DNA of 64,000 bases. Origin: Octopus vulgaris. Taxonomy: Eukaryota. Below are positions 41,978 to 54,869 of this stretch, one piece after another (position 1 is the first letter of the stretch; each line of letters starts with the position of its first letter). Under the pieces are notes generated by a model, which was given only the letters and a program-made list of their open reading frames with translations, did not search any database and was not told where the DNA came from. The translations under genes and the position numbers were made by a program. Location: NCBI GenBank assembly GCA_951406725.2, contig OX597819.1, forward strand, positions 19,282,001-19,346,000. The letters are read 5' to 3'.

Positions 41978-43268
41978 CGAGGGGCGTTCAATAAGTAATG
42001 CCCCTGACCCACTTCCCATAGGGGTAGAGCAACGAAACTTGGCACAGTTATTAGTCTTTTTCTACATAGGAACCACCCAGAGTTACGTATTTCTCCCATT
42101 CTTTGATGCAGCTCTGGAGGCCGTTTTTGTAGAAGACCCCAGCTTGGTCCCCCATCCATGACGTGACTTCAGAAATCAAGGCTGCATTATCTGGGAAACT
42201 CTTTCCTTTCAAAAACAACTTCATGGCTGGGAAGAGGTGAAAATCAGAGGGTGCAAGGTCAAGAGAGTAGGGGGATGGGGGAGGAGTTCATAGCCGCACG
42301 CCTGTGCTTCTGATCTGGCGACACGCGAGTTGTGGACCGGAGTGTTGTCCTGCAGGAGGAGGATGCCTTTGCTGATCTTGCCCCGCCTCTTGATTTTGAT
42401 AGCTTCTCTAATTTCCTCAAAAGTGAAGCATAATAGGCTCTTGTAATTGTGGTACCCTTTGCCAGGAAATCTGTCATCACTACTCCGTCCTGGTCCCAGA
42501 AGATTGTGAGCATAACCGTGCCAGCGGAGGGCTGCACACTTGCCTTCTTTGGAGGAGGTGAGTCACGGTGCTTCGACTACATTGATTGGGCTTTGGTCTC
42601 TGGATCATAGTGATGGACCCAGGTTTCATCCTGTGTAATCAGTCTTTTGAAAAATGTTGATTAATCTTCTTGGCACATCTCCAAATTCACCCTCGAGCAC
42701 TCGACGCGTTCTTGCTTCTGGAAAGGTGTGAGCAACCTGGGAATCCATCTGGCAGATACCTTTTGCATATGCAAATGGTCATGAATGATAGTTTCCACAG
42801 ACCCGGTACTAATCTTGACGTAATGGGCTATTTGGTGAATAGTTATGCATCGATCTTCCAAAATGGCAACCTCACCTTGACGGACAGATGCCTCATCAAT
42901 GGCAGAAGTGGGGCGACCAGATCTGGGAACTGTTTCCACAGAGTTCCGACCATGTTTGAATTCACGATGCCAGCGTTTTACAAGGTCACATCATGGGGCA
43001 TCATCACCACGAGTTACTTTCCTTTCATCAAAAGTCTCCCGTGGTGTGCGACCTTTCAAATACAAAAACCGGATCACTGCTCGACACTCAACAGGGTCCA
43101 TTTCACACTTGACTCAGTTCAGACACCTGTAAATCAGAAACCACAATGAGTTCAGAGCTGTAATTTGCCACTTAATATATAGAGATATAAATAATTGCAC
43201 ATGCCCAATTTCAGCTAGATCAAACAAACGCAAGTGAATTAGGGGCATTACTTATTGAACGTCCCTCG
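41978..43268 (-). mobile_element. Full-length mariner DNA transposon (1291 bp)
   Basis: 28-bp TIRs CGAGGG(G/A)CGTTCAATAAGTAATGCCCCT with one mismatch; TA flanks; internal transposase. Confidence 0.95.
42051..43101 (-). pseudogene. Mariner (D,D34D-type) transposase pseudogene
   Basis: MDPVECRAVIRFLYLKG.., PRSGRP, WIPRLL, TQDETWVHHYDPE, MLTIFWD, LQDNTPVH, YSLDLAPSDFHLF; contains stops and frameshifts. Confidence 0.92.
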
Positions 43269-43299
<31 letters not shown>

Positions 43300-43338
43300 A
43301 TATATATATATACATACATACATATATATATATATATT

Positions 43339-43382
<44 letters not shown>

Positions 43383-43385
<3 letters not shown>

Positions 43386-43750
43386 CCCAGGAGTGGCTGT
43401 GTTGTAAGTAACTTGTTTACCAATCACACTACTATGGCCTCGGGCCGACCAAAGCTTTGTGTGTGGATTTGGTAGACGGAAGCTGAAAAGAAGCCCGTCG
43501 TATATATGTATATATATATATATATGGACGTGTGTGTTTGTGTGTCTGCGTTTGTCCCCCTAGCATTGCTTGACAACCGATGCTGGTGTGTTTATGTCCC
43601 CGTTACATAGAGGTTTGGCAAAAGAAAACGATAGCATAAGTAATGGGCTTACAAAAGAATAAGCCCCAGGGTCGAGTTGCTCGATTAAAGGCGGTGCTCC
43701 AGCATGGCCGCAGTCAAATGACTTAAACAAGTAAAAGATTAAAAGAGTTA
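43383..43750 (+). mobile_element. Family A CORE-type SINE (internally deleted head)
   Basis: AGGAGTGGCTGTG..GCCTCGGGCCGACCAAAG..(TA)n(TG)n..GGCGGTGCTCCAGCATGGCCGCAG. Confidence 0.85.
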
Positions 43751-43771
43751 AACGAGTATATATATACATAC

Positions 43772-43821
<50 letters not shown>

Positions 43822-43830
43822 TTTTTTTTT

Positions 43831-44218
43831 TACTTGTTTCAGTCATTTGACTGCGGCCATGCTGGAGCACCGCCTTTAGTCGAGCAGATCGACACCGGGA
43901 CTTATTCTTTGTAAGACCAGTACTTATTCTATCGGTCTCTTTTTGCCTAACCGCTAAGTGACGGGGACATAAACACACCAGCATCGGTTGTCAAGCGATG
44001 TTGTGGGGATAAACACAGACACACAAACATATACATACACATACATATATATATATACATATATACGACAGGCTTCTTTCAGTTTCCGTCTACCAAATCC
44101 ACTCACAAGGCATTGGTCGGCCCGGGGCTATAGCAGAAGACACTTGCCCAAGGTGCCACGCAGTGGGACTGAACCCGGAACCATGTGGTTGGTTAGCAAG
44201 CTACTTACCACACAGCCA
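43831..44218 (-). mobile_element. Family A CORE-type SINE, near full length
   Basis: Head TGGCTGTGTGGTAAG..GGTTCAGTCCC; CORE-like CCTTGGGCAAGTG; internal microsatellite. Confidence 0.9.
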
Positions 44219-44675
44219 TATATATATATATACATTGTGTTTTACGTACGTGTGTATTACTTCATTTTATAACGATACAATATGTGTATCTTAGAAAATA
44301 TTTCTGCCACTAAAAAGTTTCCGGTTTTGGAATTCTTCAAATATTTTATATAAGGCACAGGAACAAACGTGTGTGTAAAGAAGTTACAAAAAGTGCGTAT
44401 CATTATTTCTAGAATAACATTTTAAATAATATTCAACACACATTCGGTTATAAACTTCCACGAATCGGTGTCTCCCTCCAGAAATATATACAACATAAAT
44501 CTTGTCCATTATCGTCTATAGACACTTGTGGTGTATATGCAGGTTATATAGGTTTATAGCTCTATGTGTGTGTGTTTGTGTGTGTGTGTGTGAGAGAGAG
44601 AGACAGATTGAGTGTGTATATGTGTATGTAAGTATTATTGTGTAATTATACCTATGTGTGTGAGTATATGTGTGT

Positions 44676-44722
<47 letters not shown>

Positions 44723-44836
44723 CATATATATACATATATACAAACACACATACGTACATACATAGCATAGCAGATGCTATACGGCTGAGAGACATCGAAG
44801 CACAAAAGAACACTCACACACACACAATTATATATG

Positions 44837-44915
<79 letters not shown>

Positions 44916-45356
44916 GTATAAACACACACACACGAATAAATATAATGAGCTATACATATATATATATATGTTGATATAAATACATATGTATATATTCATA
45001 TGCGCATGCATATATGTATATACATATATGTGCATACATATTTATACATATGTTTGTATATATATATGTGTGTAAGCATGTGATTGTCAGTGTGTATACA
45101 TATGTATATAAATTACTGTTCCGTTAGTGTCAAATCAACAAGAATACGTACTAGATCCACTGAAAAACACACATCCTTATATCCTTAAATATACAAGCTT
45201 CTACTAGTTTCATGCAGTGCAGACGCGTGTTGCAACAGGTATTACCACAATTCTCGAAGCATATGTTCATGAAAACATTTTACTTGAATTTGTGGCCTCA
45301 ATATTCCTAATCCTGGAACGGGACGCTTCTCCTTCCGGGGAATTAACGTAGACAGG

Positions 45357-45399
<43 letters not shown>

Positions 45400-45573
45400 T
45401 ACTCACACACATGCACATTCTTATATTCATACATACATGCATACATACACATAGGCGCGTATATATATATATACATCATACGTAAATATGCCCATATCTG
45501 CATATTTGTATATGTATAAATAAATAAATATATAAATATAAATATAAATATGAATATAAATATAAATATTTGT

Positions 45574-45729
45574 GTGGCTGTGTGGTAAGTAGTTTGCTAA
45601 CCGACCACATGGTTCCGGGTTCGGTCCCATTGCATGGCATCTTGGGCAAGTGTCTTCTGCTATAGCCTCGGGCCGACCAAAGCCTTGTGAGTGGATTTGG
45701 TAGACGGAAACTGAAAGAAGCCTGTCGTA

Positions 45730-45802
<73 letters not shown>

Positions 45803-46001
45803 ATGTATATGTTCGTTTGTCTGTGTTTGTCCCTCTAGCATTGTTTGACAACCGATGCTAGTGTGTTTACGTCCCCGTAACTTAGAATAAGTACTGGGCT
45901 TCCAAAGAATAAGTCCCGGGGTCGATTTGCTCGACTGAAGGCGGTACTCCAGCATGGCCGCAGTCAAATGACTGAAATAAGTAAAAGAGTAAAGAGTAAG
46001 A
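45574..46001 (+). mobile_element. Family A CORE-type SINE
   Basis: Same layout as 43831-44218, with an (AAGAGT)-like tail. Confidence 0.9.
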
Positions 46002-46002
46002 G

Positions 46003-46033
<31 letters not shown>

Positions 46034-46479
46034 GTATATAAATATGTATGTATATATATATATGTATGTATGTATTTATGATATAATTATGTGTACTGAT
46101 ATACACACGCACACACATATTGAACGTACATACATGCCAAAATAGGAGGGACAATTGTCCTCGAATACCAAAGGATATGTAATATGCTTTTTTATTAAAT
46201 CAACGACGAATGATAACGTGCAACTCCGAGTAATAGTTCGTGAAGATTAATTCGGCTTACAAAAAAGTATATGTGCTTTTTTTTGTGCTTGTGTGTGTTT
46301 GTGTATCTGCGTTGTTTGTGTGCTAATGTGAGTATGTATAAGTGTGTATCTATCTATATATATATACACACATACATATATATGTATATATGTGTGTGTA
46401 TATGTATATATGTGTGTGTGTGCGTCTACACATATATATGCATATATATATAATATATATATACATACGCACACATACA

Positions 46480-46525
<46 letters not shown>

Positions 46526-46574
46526 CATATATATATATATAAGTAAGTTTGGATTTATTCCCTAATATTTATTT

Positions 46575-46633
<59 letters not shown>

Positions 46634-47093
46634 GAAGAGAGAGAGAGAGAGAGAGAGAGAGAAAGTGCGTTTACTCTTTAATAAATATTAATCGAATGAC
46701 TCCGATCTCCAGAGTTGTTCGTTTCCGAGTTTCATCCGTAAAGCGAGCCTGGTTTTCTTTTGTACATAAACGTTTGTACATATTGTGAAATAAGAAATAG
46801 ATGCTTGAAACATTTGATTTTATGTTCGGTTGTTCAAAAGCCTTTCTGAATGACACGAGAGAATATGGCTGCTTGGTGCGCACGCTTTCCAGTTCATTTC
46901 TGGTTCCCGTGGAAATATTATTATACACATTATAATCTCTATGCAATTGAGGACGTGAAATTGTGTTCCTTCTTAAGCAATATTCCAAAATAGTTCTTTT
47001 CAATAATAATTTTAATTAATGCTTAAAAGAATACTGTGTGTGTATGAGGAGTGTGCAATTTTCATAACCCGTGCACAGGTATACATACATACA

Positions 47094-47240
47094 TACACCA
47101 ATGGCAGCGGAAAGTGCGGTCTATGCGACATGGAGAGATGGCTTACCTGGAAAAGTAGCTTTGACCCTACTACATGTCTAAACTCAAGGACGGAAGTTTT
47201 CGGATCATGCCCATATGTGACAAAATTTTTGTTACGCTTT
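47094..47240 (+). pseudogene. Penelope-like element GIY-YIG endonuclease C-terminal remnant
   Basis: YTNGSGKCGLCDMERWL..CLNSRTEVFGSCPYVTKFLL fits the PLE C-terminus 'Y.N.S.RC.LC..E...LN.RSE...C.H..KFLL'. Confidence 0.7.
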
Positions 47241-47886
47241 TGGTCCCCCCAAGAATACAGATAGAACTTGCTTTCTATATTATATCCAAAATAGTTTTTC
47301 ATCTCATTATACCTTTTATTATTTCATATATTTTCATATTTTCGTACGTAATATTTTTTTCTGTATTCTTCCATCCTGCATTTTTTCCTGTGCCTATATA
47401 GACGTGTATATAAATTCATTTTACACGTGTGTGAATATGTATGAGTGGGTGGGTGTTTATGTATATAGATGTGAGCGTGTGCGCGGGCATAAGTATACAT
47501 ATATATATATATATACGTTTTTACTTAGTATTTTTACAATTTTTTCGGGGGTTTTTGGGCACATGTATAATCTTTTTTTGTGTATGCGTGTGTGTGAATG
47601 CGTATATAAACATGTGCGGGTATGTACATATATGGGCGTGTGTGTGTATGAGTTTGTATATATATGCGTATACATTTAAGCGAAAAATGTGAGTGAAGAT
47701 GTGTACACTTTCATAGTGACGTATAAGTACGCACATGGGTCCGCCAGCGCACATGTGAGCGTATGAGTAGCCATGTTTACGTGCTTACTATGAACTTTAA
47801 ATCTTATTTTATGTATGTAACGGAATTATAACACAGTAATTTCCCTTTATATAACGGTATTTTTTCATAGCGTTTTTCAGATGGCC

Positions 47887-47949
47887 AGATAACCGAAGAT
47901 ATAGTGTTGTGGATTTCCACATCAGCATCCGAAACTCAGAGTTTTATCT
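47887..47949 (+). ncRNA. Hammerhead-like motif (CCGAAGA variant), same family as 7531-7591
   Basis: AGATAA-CCGAAGA..GTGGA-TT-TCCAC..CATCC-GAAA-CTC-A-GAG-TT-TTATCT; perfect 6-bp stem I; base of stem II decayed. Confidence 0.55.
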
Positions 47950-48446
47950 TGACTATTGAATAATTGTAACATATTATTTTACAGATAAATTTCCTCTATT
48001 TACATAATATTGAGGTCTCTTTTTTTCTTTTGTTATCTTACCGTTTTTACAATATATATATATATATTGTTGGCATCCTTTTTGTCTCGTAATCTAGTCC
48101 GGCTTTTGCATTTCATGCCCTAATACATCTCCTGCTGTGGGTGTGTAGACCTATCCTGGACAAGCACTTCCTCTGGCAGGTGCCGCAAATGTAGCGAAGA
48201 TTTTGCCTGGCTGGTTGTGATGTCAACTTTCTTGTTGACGTCTTTTCTTGTCTTTCCATTTCTCCTCTCTCTCTATGTCACTCCTTTGTGTCCCATAGAC
48301 GCACATATATACAGAATTATATATTCATGTAAACATATATACATCAATGTATATAAAAGGAAAGTTTACGAAAATAAACAAAAGACGAAGGCAGGTGGTG
48401 TACAAACAAACAGATATATTAGTATAGCGCTCAGAAATAGAAAAAG

Positions 48447-48485
48447 TATTTTACATTTCGAGCCTACGCTCTTCTACAGAAAATA
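48447..48485 (-). ncRNA. Decayed minimal hammerhead in PLE-type repeat (~48380-48548)
   Basis: TTTT-CTGTAGA-A-GAGC-GTAG-GCTC-GAAA-TG-TA-AAAT; upstream part also seen at 6313-6350. Confidence 0.45.
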
Positions 48486-48699
48486 TACAGAAGAAAACAA
48501 GGAGAGAAACAAGGAGAGAAAAAAATGTGTGTAGCAGCTAACGATTACACACATATACACACATACTGACACGCACACGCTTCTATTACAACGTACATCA
48601 ATTATACTTATCAATTAAACATTTTGCAAACCAACCTGTTTTGTTTTTCTCTGAACCAGAATGAAATCCAAGTATGCATGTATTTACAGATAAGTTATT

Positions 48700-49100
48700 T
48701 AGCCTCTTTTACAGCTCGTTCCATTTATTCAAACTATTGGTGTTTTATTCCCATTTTTTCACTGAAACGAATGTCACGTCGCATCTGCGATTTGAAATTG
48801 TCGTTCTTGCGAGTTTGTGCATTATCCAAAATTGTCCAGTTATTTTTGAATTTATGAGGACATATCTCACGCAAGAACCATATAAACTTCGATTTCATCT
48901 GTAGCACATTTTCTATCAGAGCTGAAAAATGAATGTTTGTGGTTTTTACAACGGATCTTGAATGTAAGTTCTTTTGCCCTAATATATGTCTTAGGTTCAT
49001 CACGGCTTTTCTTATTCAATCTTTGCGTTTTGTACTATCGACATACCCAAATAGTTACCGACTTATGGACAATATACACGGATTCTACAGTTGCGCAATC
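48700..49100 (-). pseudogene. Penelope-like element GIY-YIG endonuclease remnant
   Basis: Minus strand with frameshifts: RNCRIRVYCP*VGNYL..IV.., KTYIRAKELTFKIRCKNHKHSF, SKFIWFLR..WTIL, SLNKWNEL; matches PLE 'CNCR...CPL.G.CL / YIG.T..FK.R..NH..SF / LSK.IW.L / LNKRSEL'. Confidence 0.72.
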
Positions 49101-49520
49101 TTTGTTGGCTTACTCTATGCATCTTCTATTCAGCTTTGCAACATTGTAACCTCTTATATAACATGCGAAATGCTTACAATTTATGTATGTATGCATGAAA
49201 GCCTGTATGTATGTATTTATGTATATATGTATGTGATGATGCGAAGATGTATATCTGTCTACAAAGATATTCACATACATTCATACAAACACGGAAACAC
49301 ATGAGTATATATACATATTAGAGTGTGTGTTTGTGTGATTGCTATCTACTTTTAAATTTAACAACTTATATCAATGATTTAACCTTACTTAAAAAGCTGA
49401 TGGCTGCCATACATATTTCTTTAACAAATCTTTGCGGAGATAAACCTGCATAATGCCAACATGATACAAATAGATGAGGAGCTGGAATACACATACGCAT
49501 ACAAGATTACAAACATATAT

Positions 49521-49575
<55 letters not shown>

Positions 49576-49719
49576 CTTATACATATATATACATATATAT
49601 ATGTATTTGTATATATATATATGTATATATGTATATATATTTATATATGCATGCATATATACATATAGATGTCAGTACGTACATATATGTTTGTATGTAT
49701 GCATAAATTTTATTTATTA

Positions 49720-49776
<57 letters not shown>

Positions 49777-49960
49777 AGGGGTGAAATACAATAATTTCAT
49801 AAAATTTATAAATTTTACCTAGTAGTTTTTTCGGATTACAAATTCTGTTTGTTTGTGGAGACTTATTTTTCTACTAGTAGTAATGGTAACCTGTTTGGCT
49901 GCTATTTCTAATATTTTCGGTATCTGGTTTAAGCAACTTGCTGCAATTAACCCTTTATTA

Positions 49961-49991
<31 letters not shown>

Positions 49992-50461
49992 TGCTTTTGA
50001 GTGTATATGAGAGAGAGCGAAATCTTGATATAAAGTTGTGTTATACGGTTTAGTCCAAGACAATCTCCCAACCTTTCTGAATAAGTGGTATACTGTTACT
50101 GTCTAAGAAAGAGAAAGGGAGAAAGATGCAGAGGGAAAGAGCGCAGGGGACGGAGAGAGAGAGGTGAGAGCAACTGATAAAAATGGTGGTGCGTTTGGTA
50201 GTTTGAACATTGATTAATCATTTTATAGTGTTTGCAATAATGCTTGTGACATTTATGTTTCGATTATGACTTTTGTTTTATTTGGTGATTAAATTCATGT
50301 GCAAAAATAGCAATCAATTGAACTTTATAGCTATATACATCTCTATGAACAGTTTTAAGACTTATTAAACCGACGCTCATATATTACTCTACGGGTGTTT
50401 GTACTGCTATACGCATTTATTTGTTTGTAAGATTGTGCGTAGGCGTGTGTGAGTACGTGTG

Positions 50462-50496
<35 letters not shown>

Positions 50497-50824
50497 GTAG
50501 GTAGATGTTCTTGGCGTTTAACCCTAAGTTAGTGATAATCATACAAACCACTGAAGAAAACTGTTCAGTTAGTTTCACTCTGTCTTTATTTCTGACATAT
50601 TTTCAGTTGAGCTACCTTGTTGTAATACGTCGCCCAACCCAGGAATCGAAACCACAATCTTACGATCATGATGCTGACACCTTAACCACTAAGCGACGTG
50701 CCTCCACAATATACACAAGATAGTGTCAGTGGATGCATATGTGCATACATTTAGGTATATCAATAGATATATACAGGAATACATATATATATATGCATAT
50801 CTCTCTCTCTCTCACTCACTCTCA

Positions 50825-50906
<82 letters not shown>

Positions 50907-51193
50907 CTATATATATAAACCTATATATCTGCTTATACACACACACACACATTAATATATATATTGTAATACGGCTTTTCCCGTTCCCTGCTACTTCCTC
51001 GAAGGCACATTTCACTGTTACAGGTTATGCGTATCTTCAAGATATCCGTGTTAATGCAAAGGAGAGGTAAACTATGGGAGATAATTCAATTACAAAAATG
51101 GTGGATATTGAAATCTGTTGGGAATTTAGTGATGTATTCAGTGATGCAATCGTTAATATTTCGTCTGAAATTGCGAGACAATTGTGTGTATTA

Positions 51194-51224
<31 letters not shown>

Positions 51225-51246
51225 GCTTACTTACATACACACACAC

Positions 51247-51350
<104 letters not shown>

Positions 51351-51389
51351 GTATGTATGTATGTATGTATTCTATTATTTCTTTCATTT

Positions 51390-51550
51390 TTTTCCACTCC
51401 AGGCATGCTGGACCACCATTTGAAAGATTTTAATCGAGCAAATAGACCGCAGGACTTATTGTATCGCTGTCTTTTGCCGAATCATTAGGTTACGGGCAAC
51501 ATAAACGTACTAATACCGGTTGTCAAGCGGTGATAGGGTGGGGCACAAAT
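51390..51550 (-). mobile_element. Family A SINE 3' fragment
   Basis: CATGCTGGACCACC..TCGAGCAAATAGACC..CTTTTGCCGAA..CGGTTGTCAAGCG. Confidence 0.7.
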
Positions 51551-51569
51551 ACTTATCTTTTTTCCAAAT

Positions 51570-53369
51570 AAAGTTAGCATATCAAGAGGGCATCTATGAA
51601 GGGAAAAGCAGATGTGTTTTCTGGATTCATGAAGCTACGTCGGTAATTCATGTTCAGCGGAATTTTAAAAACGAATACGGTAAAAATCCCCCAGGTGTTA
51701 AAAGCATCAAGAATTGGTATAACAAATTCAAAGACGCAAGTAGGTAGCGTTGGTGACCTCAAAAGATCAGGCAGAGATTGTTGATGTGCGTACTGCCTTT
51801 CAAAGTGACCTTAGGAAATCAACTTGCAGAGCTTCAGGTGAACTAGGAGTTCCACAGCCCACTATTTTCAAGATTTTGCACAAACGTCTGAAATTGCGTT
51901 CATACAAAGTGCAAATCGTTCCGACTTTGCAACCAAACTTTTGCTGAAGAAATGTTTAGCAGAATCAATACGAATGACTATCTTCAAAGTGTTCTGTTTT
52001 CTTATAAGGCAAGTTTTCATATAACAGGAAAAAATCAACAAGCACAATGCAAGGATATGTTGATGGGAGGACCCAGACGTTGTTGTAGAGAACAAAAGCG
52101 ACAGATGTATGGTTAATATTTGTTGCTGACTAATGTATGATAGGGTCATTGGACCTTCTTTTTTTTTTGTCGAGTCCCCAATTTCAGCAAACGTTTACCT
52201 GGACATGCTGGAACATTATGCTGTACCCCAGCTGGACAAATTTCAGCCATCTAAAATTTTCCAACAAGATGAGGCTCCTCTACATTGGGGCAAAAAGGTG
52301 GATTGGGAGATGTAGACCAACACTATAGCCTCCACATTCACCGGACATTAATCTGCTAGACTTATTTGGGTGGGGGGGATATCTGAAAGACAAAGTGTAC
52401 CGTATACCCGTTCACGATCTTCAGTCTCTAAAGGTCAGGATTGCTGAAGCAATCTCATCAGTAATGAGTGACATGCCTCAGAACACATGACATGAAATTG
52501 AATATCAATTAGGTGTGCTCAGAGCCACGAAAAGAGCCCATTTTGGATCTTCCAGAATTTCATTTTGCACAAACGTCTGAAATTGCGTTCATACAAAGTG
52601 CAAATCGTTCCGACTTTGCAACCAAACTTTTGCTGAAGAAATGTTTAGCAGAATCAATACGAATGACTATCTTCAAAGTGTTCTGTTTTCTTATAAGGCA
52701 AGTTTTCATATAACAGGAAAAAATCAACAAGCACAATGCAAGGATATGTTGATGGGAGGACCCAGACGTTGTTGTAGAGAACAAAAGCGACAGATGTATG
52801 GTTAATATTTGTTGCTGACTAATGTATGATAGGGTCATTGGACCTTCTTTTTTTTTGTCGAGTCCCCAATTTCAGCAAACGTTTACCTGGACATGCTGGA
52901 ACATTATGCTGTACCCCAGCTGGACAAATTTCAGCCATCTGAAATTTTCCAACAAGATGAGGCTCCTCTACATTGGGGCAAAAAGGTGGATTGGGAGATG
53001 TAGACCAACACTATAGCCTCCACATTCACCGGACATTAATCTGCTAGACTTATTTGGGTGGGGGGGATATCTGAAAGACAAAGTGTACCGTATACCCGTT
53101 CACGATCTTCAGTCTCTAAAGGTCAGGATTGCTGAAGCAATCTCATCAGTAATGAGTGACATGCCTCAGAACACATCGAAAATTAAATGGAAACTAATTG
53201 TGCTGAAATCTCGATGCATGGATTGTAATGGATCTTCCAGAATTTCATTTTATATGGATAAAAACTTCTAGGCAAGATGCGATAAGTGTACTAAAAACTG
53301 ATTTTGTATCTTGAATTTTTTTTTCTATCAAGGTTTTGATACTCAGGGTAAGACTTTCTATTCGCCCTG
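51570..53369 (+). mobile_element. Degenerate Tc1/mariner element (DUF4817-type N-terminus, rosa/DD41D-like) with internal 689-bp duplication
   Basis: SVIHVQRNFKNEYGKNPP..IKNWYNKFK, KSTCRASGELGVP..ILHKRLKLRSYK, DRVIGP.FF, NVYLDMLE, FQQDEAPLH, WIGR, PPHSPDINLLD, GYLKDKVY; right end ..TTCGCCCTG-TA; left TIR not found. Confidence 0.85.
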
Positions 53370-53940
53370 TATATATATATCTGTACGATCTACACTGTAT
53401 AACATAATGTATCCTTGTATATATTGTGTCGGAGACATAATTTCTGACGATTTTTTTAGAATTGAATGTCAACTGTTGCATAAAACAACCGGTCAAAGTG
53501 AATCATCATTTCTTCCTCTCGTATCAGAAAAATTTCCTCCCGAGGATTTTGTTTTATATATATGTTATCATTACTCGTTAGTAACAGAGGAAGAATTTTA
53601 ATTTTTCATAAGATGGCTCTTTTTTTTTCTTATTGTTGTTTGCTTTGCTATCTTTGCTCTTTTATTAACCGTCTGCCTAAGATTTCATGCATTGTTCTCT
53701 CACATCGAAAATTAAATGGAAACTAATTGTGCTGAAATCTCGATGCATGGCTTGTAATGGCATCATTTCCTCTTCAGATTTTATGAAATTAGTTGGAAAT
53801 CAAATCGAGAAATGTCGATAAATATATACACCGATAAAAGCAGTTAAATAAAGTGATTTTTTTGATCACTTAACCTTCTTTCTCTAATGTATTCTTGTTC
53901 AATGTTATATTGAGAAATTTAACTATTACCTGTGTGTGTC

Positions 53941-53998
<58 letters not shown>

Positions 53999-54042
53999 TA
54001 ATTGGGTGTCCGCGTGTGTGCTGGCATGTACACATTTCTGAC

Positions 54043-54714
54043 TAGATTCTACTTTGAAGATTATTTTGATTATCTCCATCCCCAGAACCATGGAAGACAA
54101 ACTCGACTTAATGATGATGGAAGTCGAACTCTTACTTTTTTCAGTCATTAGGGCCTTGTGTATCTTCGATTCCGAATCGGGAATCCGCTCCAGTGTGTAG
54201 GTGCTGTGTTCTTGGGAAAAAACAAAAACACTTATTCTTGTCCCCGCAGGTGATAAAAATGAGTACTATTGTGAACTCACGACAAGAAACTGACGATAGA
54301 TGGTGGACCTGCAAAAGAAAGAAAAATAACTAACGAAATGAACAAAGTAAATTGTGGACTGACAGATCATAGACGTAACTGATGTTTGATGTCAACTTTT
54401 ATGTTACTGATTACCTTTCCGTATATTTACGGTCAAAGCACACAACTACAACACTGGTGACTATTGTCTAGTGAGCGTTGGTCGATCAAAGATGCCTATT
54501 GGAGGAACATATGTGGGTTTATTCTATCCTGTACTAGCGAATAAATTAATGAGGATAGATTCTACTTTGAAGATTATTTTGATTATCTCCATCCCCAGAA
54601 CCATGGAAGACAAACTCGATTAATGATGATGGAAGTCGAACTCTTACTTTTTTCAGTCAATAGTCTGCGGCCTTGCTAAAGTATCTTCGTCGAAGGAATC
54701 CGCTCCAGTGTGTA
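54043..54714. repeat. ~160-bp direct repeat (54043-54199 and 54556-54714)
   Basis: TAGATTCTACTTTGAAGATTATTTTGATTATCTCCATCCCCAGAACCATGG... present twice. Confidence 0.85.
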
Positions 54715-54869
54715 TGTGTTTTACACACACACATACATGCACATGCACACAATCACTCACGCATATATTTATAGTTATATATATAACACAGACATTCGAC
54801 TTTTATCTTGAAAGTGGTAAACATGCTAAGACACCCGCCAGTCTCAGTAATTTTTCACTGACCATTCCC

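Noticed and set aside
46671-47003. 110-aa minus-strand ORF as a PLE linker or real gene
   Set aside because: Only a vague resemblance; no diagnostic motif.
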